From: Hyphomicrobiales bacterium
GTDB lineage: Bacteria > Pseudomonadota > Alphaproteobacteria > Rhizobiales > WTKA01
Length of the DNA stretch: 52,761 bases
Assembly: GCA_011524605.1 (NCBI GenBank)
Contig: WTKA01000157.1
Span: forward strand, 1-52,761
Reading direction: 5' to 3'
Below, piece after piece: positions 29,453 through 38,529 of the stretch. Under the pieces are notes generated by a model. The model was given only the letters and a program-made list of their open reading frames with translations. It searched no databases and was not told the origin of the DNA. How positions within the stretch are numbered: the first letter of the stretch is position 1; the number at the start of each line of letters is the position of its first letter. A program made the position numbers and the translations under genes.

Positions 29453-31195
29453 ATGCGTATAAAAAAATCCATTTTATGGAAATTGATTTTCCCCATTCCC
29501 CTTTTATTGGCTAGTTGCTTTATTATTATCTCAATAATAATTCCAATTTTTTTAGAAAAAAATATTGAGGCAGATACATCTGTTGCTGCCCATCGGCTAA
29601 CTGATAACATAAAATCGATAAGAAGCTATTATTCCAGTAATGTCGTAGCAAAAGTAAAAGCTCAAAAGAGTATGAAAACATCAATCAATCATAAAGATGT
29701 TGCGGACGCTATTCCTGTACCTGTTACTTTTGTTCATGATGTTAGTGACATATTAAAAGATAATAATATTAATATTCAACTTTATAGCCCTCATCCCTTT
29801 AAAGGTAGAAAACACGAATTAACCGATTATCAAAAGCAGGCTTGGGATTTCTTACAGGCAAATCCAGACAAGCCCTTCACAAAAAAAGAAACAATCGATG
29901 GTAGAGAATATTTATGGTATTCAACTGCTGACCTTATGACCAATGAGTCATGCGTTAACTGTCATAATAGCCACCCTAGTTCGAGTAAAACTGACTGGAA
30001 AATAAATGACGTTAGAGGCGTTTTTCAAGTCCGTATCGATGTACAAGATCAAATTATTCGAGCTCAAGAAACGGGAAAAGAAATATTATCAGTTATATTC
30101 GTTGTAATCTGCTTACTTATGATAACATCATATATGATTGCAAACCCAATTGTTAAAAAATTAAAAATACTGACTAAGCAAATGAATAGTCTAAGTGTTA
30201 AACATGATCAAAAAAACATCACATCTAATGCTAGAGATGAAATGGAAGAGATGCATAACTCACTCCATATTTTTAGAAATAATCAAGCCGAGATAGAGCA
30301 ATTACGCGCTAAAGAAGATGAATATCTGCATAATCAACAAAAAACATTGAAAGAAAATATTCAAAAACTACTCTCTAATATCACTAAGAATGTTGAAGAG
30401 AAGGTTGTTAGCATAGTTGACAAGCAAAATAACCTACACCAGGATATTGATAATTTATTTGTATCGACAAATAGCGTAGAACAAGAGACATCGGAAATTA
30501 AGAATAGTGTCTTAAGTGTTCAGCAAGACATAACTGATGCTGCGCAATCATCGCAGATAATTTCGAAAGCTTTTTCAGAAGTTATTACTGATGTTACCAA
30601 TTCTGCAGCTATAGCTTCAAATGCTGTTAATGATGCAACAAACACACATGAAACAATAGCAACCTTGAGTGCGACAGCAGATAAAATCAGTGATATTACC
30701 CAGCTAATCAGTGATATCGCGGGTCAAACAAATTTATTAGCTTTGAATGCTACAATTGAAGCTGCAAGGGCTGGAGAAGCCGGGAAAGGCTTTTCAGTTG
30801 TTGCGTCAGAAGTTAAGAATCTAGCAAACCAGACTAATGTTGCTGCTGAAAGCATCTCAAAACAAATTGAATCCATACAGCTAGCAACCGATAAGTCTGT
30901 GCAAGATATCAGCAATATTTGCAGCACAATTGAAGAGCTTGATAAAACAGCAAAGTTTATTGAAAACTCCGTTTTAAGTCAGCTCACTGCTTTGAGTAAT
31001 GTGACAAGTAAAATTGACCAAGCTACCAAAAGCAATGACGAAATGTCTCAAAAAATCAATAGTGCATCTAACGCAGCGGCACAAAGCAAAAAGCTTGCTA
31101 ATCATATGAAAAAATCTGCAGACGGTATTTTTGGTGAAATGTCTACCTTAAAAGATGACATTAATGAAACAATTCGTCATTCAGGTAATATGTAA
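29453..31195 (+). CDS. Methyl-accepting chemotaxis protein with DUF3365 (Tll0287-like) heme-c sensor domain
   Basis: Two TM segments flank a periplasmic domain with [18 protein letters not shown]; signalling hairpin [34 protein letters not shown]. Confidence 0.9.
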   Translation: MRIKKSILWKLIFPIPLLLASCFIIISIIIPIFLEKNIEADTSVAAHRLTDNIKSIRSYYSSNVVAKVKAQKSMKTSINHKDVADAIPVPVTFVHDVSDILKDNNINIQLYSPHPFKGRKHELTDYQKQAWDFLQANPDKPFTKKETIDGREYLWYSTADLMTNESCVNCHNSHPSSSKTDWKINDVRGVFQVRIDVQDQIIRAQETGKEILSVIFVVICLLMITSYMIANPIVKKLKILTKQMNSLSVKHDQKNITSNARDEMEEMHNSLHIFRNNQAEIEQLRAKEDEYLHNQQKTLKENIQKLLSNITKNVEEKVVSIVDKQNNLHQDIDNLFVSTNSVEQETSEIKNSVLSVQQDITDAAQSSQIISKAFSEVITDVTNSAAIASNAVNDATNTHETIATLSATADKISDITQLISDIAGQTNLLALNATIEAARAGEAGKGFSVVASEVKNLANQTNVAAESISKQIESIQLATDKSVQDISNICSTIEELDKTAKFIENSVLSQLTALSNVTSKIDQATKSNDEMSQKINSASNAAAQSKKLANHMKKSADGIFGEMSTLKDDINETIRHSGNM

Positions 31196-31294
31196 AAATG
31201 TTCTAATCAAATGCTAAATAAGTTCTTGTTCTCTATCTATGCTTTCTATAGATCTTTGCCAATAACAAATTCACATAAAATAGATCAAAATCCC

Positions 31295-31560
31295 AGGCTC
31301 AGGACCTATTAATTTTGTTCAATTCTGTTTGAATTAAAACTATTAGGTGGATGAAAATAAAGTAAAATCATCGTTTTGCTATTGTTAAAACTTTATTTTT
31401 GACAGATGATGCTTTTAACTCAAACCCAAAGGGCACTATATATTTACACCATGAATGCGTCAAAAAAGCTTAAAATTACCTGTAATTCCGTCGCTTTCTT
31501 TCCTGTTCATAGCGTAAATCTATTGGTGCAGAATGGACTAAATTAATAGGTCCTGAGCCT
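31295..31560 (+). mobile_element. MITE copy 2, complete, 266 bp
   Basis: Perfect 21-bp TIRs AGGCTCAGGACCTATTAATTT (31295-31315) and AAATTAATAGGTCCTGAGCCT (31540-31560); no long ORF; two further copies in the window. Confidence 0.92.
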
Positions 31561-32488
31561 AGCTAAACAGAACAGCTGATAGTTTTTTTCTACCGGAAAC
31601 AGCGGCAGGATCTTTAAAACCCCAAGCATTGAAAAATTCTAACAATTTTGCTCGCGCGCCATCATCTTGCCATTCACGATCTGTTTTTATGATATGAATA
31701 AGATGATCGACCGCCGCGTCTTTATCGCCTTTCGCCGCCAAACCTTCAGCTAAAGCAAAACGGGCTTCATGATCTGCAGCATTGTCTTCTATCTTAGCTA
31801 GCAAAGGACCAAGTTCGCCAACTTCATCTGCCTTTTTTGCGACCTGTAATGCCGCCTCAGCACTTTTGACTTCTGCTGTCTTTAACATTTCATCGTTCAT
31901 TGCCTCAAGCAGCTCTTCGGCAGCTTCTATATCGCCACCTGCGATATTGCATTTCACCATGCCAGCCATTGCAGCCGCACTATCTTCATCAATTTGAATG
32001 ATTTCAAAATAAGCCGACAAAGCCTCTTCATGTTTTCCGTCTACTAATAACGCATCTGCCTCTTCGAGCATTGGCCCTATATCAGGAATGCCCAAATCTC
32101 CTGCATGTTTTTCAATAAATGCTTTTATTTGGCCTTCAGGCTGAACGCCCATAAAACCATCAACAGGCTGACCATCCTTAAAAGCAAAAACCGCTGGAAC
32201 AGATTGTACGCCAAGCTGCCCTGCGACTTCAGGATCAGTATCAATATTCATTTTTGCTAATTTTACCTTGCCATCAGCATCCTTAACAATTTTTTCTAAT
32301 ACAGGTGTTAATTGCGTACATGGCCCGCACCAAGGCGCCCAAAAATCAACAAGGACTAGCTGCACCATCGATGCTTCTATGACTTCAGTCATAAAATCTT
32401 GCGTTTTAACATCAACAATATGCTCACTTTTAACAGTTGAACCAGAATTAGATGAATTTGCGCCGATAATCTGCATAAAAAGCCCCAT
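31559..32488 (-). CDS. cnoX: Chaperedoxin CnoX/YbbN (thioredoxin + TPR)
   Basis: DFWAPWCGPC, GVQSVPAV, TPR C-terminus ending GRKKLSAVLFS. Confidence 0.9.
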   Translation of the reverse strand: MGLFMQIIGANSSNSGSTVKSEHIVDVKTQDFMTEVIEASMVQLVLVDFWAPWCGPCTQLTPVLEKIVKDADGKVKLAKMNIDTDPEVAGQLGVQSVPAVFAFKDGQPVDGFMGVQPEGQIKAFIEKHAGDLGIPDIGPMLEEADALLVDGKHEEALSAYFEIIQIDEDSAAAMAGMVKCNIAGGDIEAAEELLEAMNDEMLKTAEVKSAEAALQVAKKADEVGELGPLLAKIEDNAADHEARFALAEGLAAKGDKDAAVDHLIHIIKTDREWQDDGARAKLLEFFNAWGFKDPAAVSGRKKLSAVLFS

Positions 32489-32565
32489 GAATGAAATTAA
32501 GGATATTATCTATGGAAATAAGGATATTTATGAAAAATAACAACCCCTACCCAACAAACTTCTGT

Positions 32566-33066
32566 TCACTCTTTTTGTGGCACATGCATTTGCATAGGTT
32601 CTTTATGGTTAGCGACTATAAATCTCAACAAATCTTTTGAGCCTAATGTGACCGTCGCTGTATTGACTAAAGGGTGATAGTTGAGCTTTTCTTGTTCAAG
32701 CATGCTTTTATCTAAAACCACTGTCACTTCTTTCTCAAGATCATTGAGCGCGGCAAAAGGGGTTACAGACCCCGGTTCAACCCCCAGCTTTTCCATCAAT
32801 AATTCAGGCTTTCCAAAAGAAATGCGCCCTACGGCAAATATTTTTTCAAGCTGTTTTAAATCAACACGCCAATCTTCTAAAACGACAATAAGAAACAACT
32901 GTCCTTTCTTCGTTTTTAAAAATAAATTTTTACAATGACCGCCTTCAATTTCCCCTCGAAATTTCTGGCTATCTTCAACCGTATGAAGCGGCTGGTGCTC
33001 ATGATATTGATATATAATCTGCATTTCATCTAATTTTGCACAAAGCTGTTCGGGAGATAAAGCCAT
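32566..33066 (-). CDS. YbaK/ProXp-ala prolyl-tRNA editing protein
   Basis: GGHCKNLFLK, LGVEPGSVTPF, YHPLVNTAT; ATG 33066 preferred. Confidence 0.9.
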   Translation of the reverse strand: MALSPEQLCAKLDEMQIIYQYHEHQPLHTVEDSQKFRGEIEGGHCKNLFLKTKKGQLFLIVVLEDWRVDLKQLEKIFAVGRISFGKPELLMEKLGVEPGSVTPFAALNDLEKEVTVVLDKSMLEQEKLNYHPLVNTATVTLGSKDLLRFIVANHKEPMQMHVPQKE

Positions 33067-33225
33067 ATTTTTCCTATAAATTTCACATATAAGGGCAGAG
33101 CCCCTAATATAGACGCACATTACAAATATGTGAAGATTTGTGTCTTGCATTCCTTGATATTCCATTACATAGTTCACAAAGACAGTGAAGTAAAAGAATG
33201 ATATAGTATAGGATTACTATTTTAC

Positions 33226-33978
33226 ATGTATTATCTGGTGCAGATCTTTAGACAGATTAAGCTATTAGCGTTTGTTTTTGCACTGTCTTCGCCTGCAAAT
33301 GCAGTTGAAGTTGAAAATCCTAAGATTATTCTAGAACTTTATACATCTCAAGGCTGCTCTTCTTGCCCTGCGGCGGATAAAATATTCAAACATTTCATTG
33401 ATAGTCCTGATATATTGGCTCTATCTTTGCATGTCACTTATTGGGATCGCTTAGGCTGGAAAGACAATTTAGCAAAACCAGCTTTCACCAATCGTCAATA
33501 TAATTATGCCGATACAATAAAAACAGGGCAAGTCTACACGCCTCAAATGGTTGTTGACGGCAGAAAGCATATAATAGGATCAAGACTGGGTGATATTGAG
33601 CTTGCTGTTCAAAAAGCAAAAATGGGTAAATCTCTGCTTAAGCCACTCAATTTAGAGCTCGTTGAAAATAAAGACGGGCTAAATATTGTGATTAGCCCTA
33701 TTGAAGATACCATCAGTGATGAATATAAAATCATAGCTCTGCCTTACATAACACAAATCGATGCGAAGATTAAAAAGGGAGAGAATGCTGGAAAAAATAT
33801 TTCCTATTATAATGTCGTAAAAGAAATTTATAACTTAGGGAATGAACAGAGTGATACCGTAAAGGCAAAATTTAATAATATTGATTTAGCTTATTATTCT
33901 GGCGTTGCCGTTCTAGTACAAAAATATAATGATAACAAAGAAGCTGAAATCATAAGAGCTGCCCATATTAAATTCTAG
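33226..33978 (+). CDS. DUF1223 secreted thioredoxin-fold protein
   Basis: ELYTSQGCSSCPAAD, HVTYWDRLGWKD, YTPQMVVDG, GENAG. Confidence 0.92.
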   Translation: MYYLVQIFRQIKLLAFVFALSSPANAVEVENPKIILELYTSQGCSSCPAADKIFKHFIDSPDILALSLHVTYWDRLGWKDNLAKPAFTNRQYNYADTIKTGQVYTPQMVVDGRKHIIGSRLGDIELAVQKAKMGKSLLKPLNLELVENKDGLNIVISPIEDTISDEYKIIALPYITQIDAKIKKGENAGKNISYYNVVKEIYNLGNEQSDTVKAKFNNIDLAYYSGVAVLVQKYNDNKEAEIIRAAHIKF

Positions 33979-34036
33979 CTCTTCCTATTTTTTATAGAAT
34001 TCCCACGTTGCAACAATTTAAGAAGCAAACCCAAAA

Positions 34037-35095
34037 TCAATCATCATCTATGATGATACGAGGAACAAGGGCTTTGAATAGATCTTTCATTTTCAAATAA
34101 CCAACCGGTCGATCATCCTGCATAACTTGAAAGACTTTCGTCGTATCCCCTTTTGACAAGGCAATAACATTTTCTAAATTATCATTATAATCAACTTGGC
34201 CTGCAAATGTTGTTACTTTAGGATCTATCTCTGACATGATCGAACGAACGCGTAATACACGGGCGCGATTGATATCACTAACAAATTCTTCAATATAAAT
34301 ATCATTGGGATTAAGCAAAATATGCTGCGGCTCCCCTTGCTGAACAATATAACCATCTTTTAAAATAATTAAATGATCTGCCAGCTTCAATGCTTCATCC
34401 AAATCATGGGTGATAAAGATAATTGTCTTTTTAAGATCTTGCTGCAAACGCAATAGCAAATCCTGCATATTTGTTCGCACGATAGGGTCAAGCGCAGAGA
34501 AAGCCTCGTCCATAAGCATGACTTCAGAATTTGAGGTAAGCGCTCTAGCAATGCCGACCCGCTGCTGCATGCCGCCTGAACATTGATTAGGATAGGAATC
34601 TTCATATCCCTCTAATTCGACTTTTTCAATCCATTTTTGCGCTTCTTGCTCACGTTGTTTTGCTTTCATGCCGCGCAACTCTAGGGAAAGAGCGACATTT
34701 TCCATAACGGTTCTATGGGGTAAAAGAGCAAATTTTTGGAAAACCATAGACATTTTAGTTTGCCGCATCACGCGTAATTCTTCATCGCTAAGATGCATAA
34801 TATCTATATCATCCATTTTAATTTCGCCCGCTGTGGGCTCTATTAAACGATTGATATGACGGATCAATGTTGATTTACCAGATCCTGACAACCCCATAAT
34901 GACGGTTATCTCGCCTTCATGGATATCTACATTAATATCTTTAAGGCCTAAAACATGATTATGCTCTTCCAATAGCTCTGGTTTTTCCATGCCTTGTGTC
35001 GCAAAGGATAAAGCCGTTTCAGGATCATCACCAAAAATTTTATATAAATTCCGAATGGAGATTTTGACATTTTTTTCTTGCATCATCATCTCCAT
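34037..35095 (-). CDS. Quaternary amine ABC transporter ATPase (ProV/TmoV-like)
   Basis: GLSGSGKST, SGGMQQRVG, MDEAFSALDP. Confidence 0.92.
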   Translation of the reverse strand: MEMMMQEKNVKISIRNLYKIFGDDPETALSFATQGMEKPELLEEHNHVLGLKDINVDIHEGEITVIMGLSGSGKSTLIRHINRLIEPTAGEIKMDDIDIMHLSDEELRVMRQTKMSMVFQKFALLPHRTVMENVALSLELRGMKAKQREQEAQKWIEKVELEGYEDSYPNQCSGGMQQRVGIARALTSNSEVMLMDEAFSALDPIVRTNMQDLLLRLQQDLKKTIIFITHDLDEALKLADHLIILKDGYIVQQGEPQHILLNPNDIYIEEFVSDINRARVLRVRSIMSEIDPKVTTFAGQVDYNDNLENVIALSKGDTTKVFQVMQDDRPVGYLKMKDLFKALVPRIIIDDD

Positions 35096-36126
35096 TATAC
35101 GTCTTGTGTTGCGTTAATACGCGCAAGAGCTGCTTTACTCACACGGTCTAGCATGATTGCCAGTAATACAATATTGAAACCAGCAACAAAACCTGGCCCA
35201 ATTTCTAAAGCGCGAATGCCGCGTAAAACATCAACACCTAAGCCGGGGGCAGAAACAAGAGAGGCAATCACCACCATAGCCAAGGACATCATAATCGTTT
35301 GGTTGATACCAGCCATAATATTAGGCAGAGCCAAGGGGATCTCAACCTTGAATAATTTTTGCCGTGATGTCATGCCATAAGCATTTGCAGCTTCTACAAC
35401 ATCTTTATCAACAAGCCTGATCCCTAAATTTGTTAGCCTGACAACAGGTACAATCGCATAAAGAATAATAGCGATGCCATATAGTTTAGATTCAGTGACG
35501 TCAAATAAGAAAATCAATGGAATAAGATAGACAAATGTCGGCAAAGTTTGAAGCATATCTAATAGGGGAATGAATAAACGCTCTAGCCAATCTCGCCTAG
35601 ACATGGCAATGCCAATGGGTACGCCTATTGTGACGCTGATAAAGGTACAAACAAATATAATAGCGAGCGTCTGAATGGTCGAATCATAATAGTCTATATA
35701 TAAAAACCAAAGCATTGCTGCTGCTACAAAGCTTGTTATAGGCATAGAGCGACTGACTTTATAGGCCGTAAAAACAATTGCAATAAAAACAACCCACCAA
35801 GGCATTATACTCACCGTATAGAGTGCGCCATCGAGTAACCAGCTTAAAGGCTGTGTAAGTGGATCTAAAACAAATTTTAATGTATCTTTGATCGCCAAAA
35901 AACCGTCTTTAACGGCTTCTGTAAAATCACGGCTTCTTGGAAGCGCATCGCAGGCTTCATGTAAATTATCTAAAGAAGGGAATGGGACATCCCACCAAGG
36001 TGCTTCAACTTCTTCACCTTTCATTTTTGCTAATAGGTCAGCCATGTTAACTGAACCATCAACTTTTTCGGCATCGCAGCTTTCTCTAAAGCCAAGGCTA
36101 TCAAATAAGCCGTCATAAAATGCCAT
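35095..36126 (-). CDS. Quaternary amine ABC transporter permease (ProW/TmoW-like)
   Basis: LDMLQTLPTFVYLIP, EAA loop, AGINQTIMMSLAMVVIAS. Confidence 0.92.
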   Translation of the reverse strand: MAFYDGLFDSLGFRESCDAEKVDGSVNMADLLAKMKGEEVEAPWWDVPFPSLDNLHEACDALPRSRDFTEAVKDGFLAIKDTLKFVLDPLTQPLSWLLDGALYTVSIMPWWVVFIAIVFTAYKVSRSMPITSFVAAAMLWFLYIDYYDSTIQTLAIIFVCTFISVTIGVPIGIAMSRRDWLERLFIPLLDMLQTLPTFVYLIPLIFLFDVTESKLYGIAIILYAIVPVVRLTNLGIRLVDKDVVEAANAYGMTSRQKLFKVEIPLALPNIMAGINQTIMMSLAMVVIASLVSAPGLGVDVLRGIRALEIGPGFVAGFNIVLLAIMLDRVSKAALARINATQDV

Positions 36127-36172
36127 AACATGTCCCTATATTTTGATTCTATTAACTTAGTAGACTTCATAA

Positions 36173-36201
36173 AGCACCCTCGCTGAAAAAGCGAGAGTGC
36201 T
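36173..36201 (-). terminator. Intercistronic hairpin after the substrate-binding protein gene
   Basis: AGCACCCTCGCT-GAAAA-AGCGAGAGTGCT stem. Confidence 0.6.
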
Positions 36202-36218
36202 CATATGATATAATATCT

Positions 36219-37196
36219 TTATTTAATCAGGGCAGAAAGTTTTGTTTTTGCTTCGTCATTTAACCAAGCCTGCCAAACATCACCATAATTTGTAAGGAAG
36301 TAAACAGCTGCTTCTTCAGCAGTTGCTTTATTCGCTTCTTTCCATGACAATATTTCACCCATTTGCTGGTTAGTGAAAGATAGCTTTTTCATTAAATCAG
36401 CAACTGCAGGTTCGCGCTCGATAAAGTCTGTTGTTGCTGCTGTGATGACGCGAGAAGATGGGTAAGGTGAAACGCCTGGCGTGGCACAATCCGCACTTGT
36501 ATTACACTTGTGTACTTCTGCGTCATAATCACCAACACTAACTGGAACCATTGGATATTTACCTAAAATTGCTGTAGGCGCCCAATAATAGCCAATCCAA
36601 GGCTCTTTAGCTTCATAAGCAGATGCAATAGAGGCTGCTAAAGTCTCACCTGATCCGTGATTAAAAATCTCTAATTTTTCAGATAAGTTCATCGCTTCAA
36701 TGACATTGTCATTCACTGTACGACATCCCCAGCCTGTTGGGCAGTTATGGAATTTACCGCCAACTTTTTCAGGTGCAGCCATCACACCTTCAATTGTTGT
36801 CAATTCTGGGTTTGTTTCTGCTAAATAAGCTGGGATCCACCAAGCTTCAACACCGCCATCAGAAAGAACATTTGTTAATGTTTCAACTTTTCCTTCTTCA
36901 ACAAGCTTGTCATAAGAAGGTGTAGAGTTAACCCATAGCTCTGTGACAATATCAGGCTTGCCTCTTTCTGCAAGCGATACAATAGAAGGCTCTGTTGATG
37001 AAGGTACAACTGTTACATCGCAGCCATAGCCCTGTTCCATAATGAATTTTGAAACAGCTGTAATCATAATTGCTGAAGCCCAGTCCATTTCTGTGATCTG
37101 CACTTCGCCACACTGGTGGCCATCAGCTTGTGCTCCACCAGTAAACAAGGCAATGGCAGCAGCAGCTGTTGCTAAAGCAGTTGTAAATTTCTTCAT
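36219..37196 (-). CDS. tmoX: Betaine-family substrate-binding protein, probably TMAO-binding TmoX
   Basis: Signal peptide MKKFTTAL..AQA; CGEVQITEMDWAS, FHNCPTGWGC, FNHGSGETLA, GYYWAPT match my recollection of Roseobacter TmoX. Substrate not verified. Confidence 0.7.
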   Translation of the reverse strand: MKKFTTALATAAAAIALFTGGAQADGHQCGEVQITEMDWASAIMITAVSKFIMEQGYGCDVTVVPSSTEPSIVSLAERGKPDIVTELWVNSTPSYDKLVEEGKVETLTNVLSDGGVEAWWIPAYLAETNPELTTIEGVMAAPEKVGGKFHNCPTGWGCRTVNDNVIEAMNLSEKLEIFNHGSGETLAASIASAYEAKEPWIGYYWAPTAILGKYPMVPVSVGDYDAEVHKCNTSADCATPGVSPYPSSRVITAATTDFIEREPAVADLMKKLSFTNQQMGEILSWKEANKATAEEAAVYFLTNYGDVWQAWLNDEAKTKLSALIK

Positions 37197-37443
37197 TTTT
37201 ATCCTCCAAGGGGTAATATACGTATAATCAACTAATAAAAAGGGGCGATTAGAATAAGATTTCCCCAAACATATAATTGATAAGTAAAGACGGGCATCAA
37301 AAGAGCCTTATTTGCCATGGATGTCAACCCGCACATCTATATTTTTACAATATTTGCGACATAAATAGGGTGAAAAACGACGTTTTTTAGAATTTCCAAG
37401 ATTATTTGATGAAAAAATATGCAACATTAAAAATGATTAAAAA

Positions 37444-37881
37444 TCATTCTCTATAATAACGGGAAAATAGGTAATAATCTTTTTTAGGACCTTTTACCTT
37501 ATGCTGCCATTCCCAACTCTTTTGATTATTAAAAACATAGGATGTATCATACAAATCCTTGATACATAGATGTTGAGCAGAGCCAATAAATTTACCATCA
37601 CTCTTTTCAAGGCGGATTGTATGAAATAAATTTTGGCAAGCTTCATCAAAATAAACTGAAAAAGAACCAAGCTCTAGCTGAAAATAATAATCTCTGAACG
37701 AGGTTGTCTTAAAACCATTTGGATAGCACACCTGCCCTTCTTCATGATAATGCAACAAATCATCATTCATGGGCGTAAAACAACCATTTCCTTTGAAAAA
37801 TGGATCACCATTAGAAATTCGTTCAATCTGCCAATCACCTTCAAAAATGGGTGTTAGATAATCTTTGTGATCAAGCTGCAT
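37444..37881 (-). CDS. DUF6314-like hypothetical protein
   Basis: FEGDWQIER, YHEEG, HLCIKDLY, VKGPKKDY. Confidence 0.7.
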   Translation of the reverse strand: MQLDHKDYLTPIFEGDWQIERISNGDPFFKGNGCFTPMNDDLLHYHEEGQVCYPNGFKTTSFRDYYFQLELGSFSVYFDEACQNLFHTIRLEKSDGKFIGSAQHLCIKDLYDTSYVFNNQKSWEWQHKVKGPKKDYYLFSRYYRE

Positions 37882-37910
37882 AGATAAACTCTATTATTTA
37901 AAGAGGCGCA

Positions 37911-38390
37911 TTATAAATTTGAACATTCAATAATTTCTTCAATATAATCTGGCAAATCTTCCTCGCTCACTTGATCTTCACTTATAGCATCTCTTAATAC
38001 AGAATGACCTAGTTTATGAACTAAGCTTTTATCTCCTGAGATTAAATAATGCCAACTGGGCAATGGCTGACCTTCATATAAACGGCGATAGGCACAGCTA
38101 TTAGGCAGCCAAAAAAGCGTTGGAATATTTTCTAACGTCAACTGAATGCAGTCAGGCACAGATTTATGCCTATTACAATAATCAGAACAGCTAGATTTTT
38201 CTAAATCTAATAGATTACAAACAACAGGGGTAATGGCAACAGCGCCGCTATCTTCATCTTCAAGCTTTATGCGACAGCAATTCCCGCAACCATCACACAA
38301 AGCCTCCCACTCTTCAGGGCTCATTTGCGCTAAGGTCTTTTCTTCCCAAAATTTTTCGCTCAACGCTGCCTTGTCATTCTCATTTTGCAT
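37911..38390 (-). CDS. ycgN: YcgN (UPF0260) cysteine-cluster protein
   Basis: FWEEKTL..EWEALCDGCGNCC..WLPNSCAYR. Confidence 0.92.
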   Translation of the reverse strand: MQNENDKAALSEKFWEEKTLAQMSPEEWEALCDGCGNCCRIKLEDEDSGAVAITPVVCNLLDLEKSSCSDYCNRHKSVPDCIQLTLENIPTLFWLPNSCAYRRLYEGQPLPSWHYLISGDKSLVHKLGHSVLRDAISEDQVSEEDLPDYIEEIIECSNL

Positions 38391-38529
38391 AATCTAGTTT
38401 CAACCTTCATGATGTTTATCATCTTATAATATATTATTCCCCGCCCGTCATTATTGTTATATTAATATTGACATCAGTACTAGATTATCTTTAATCAATT
38501 CAAAGTTCTGACTAGAGACACCTATATTC

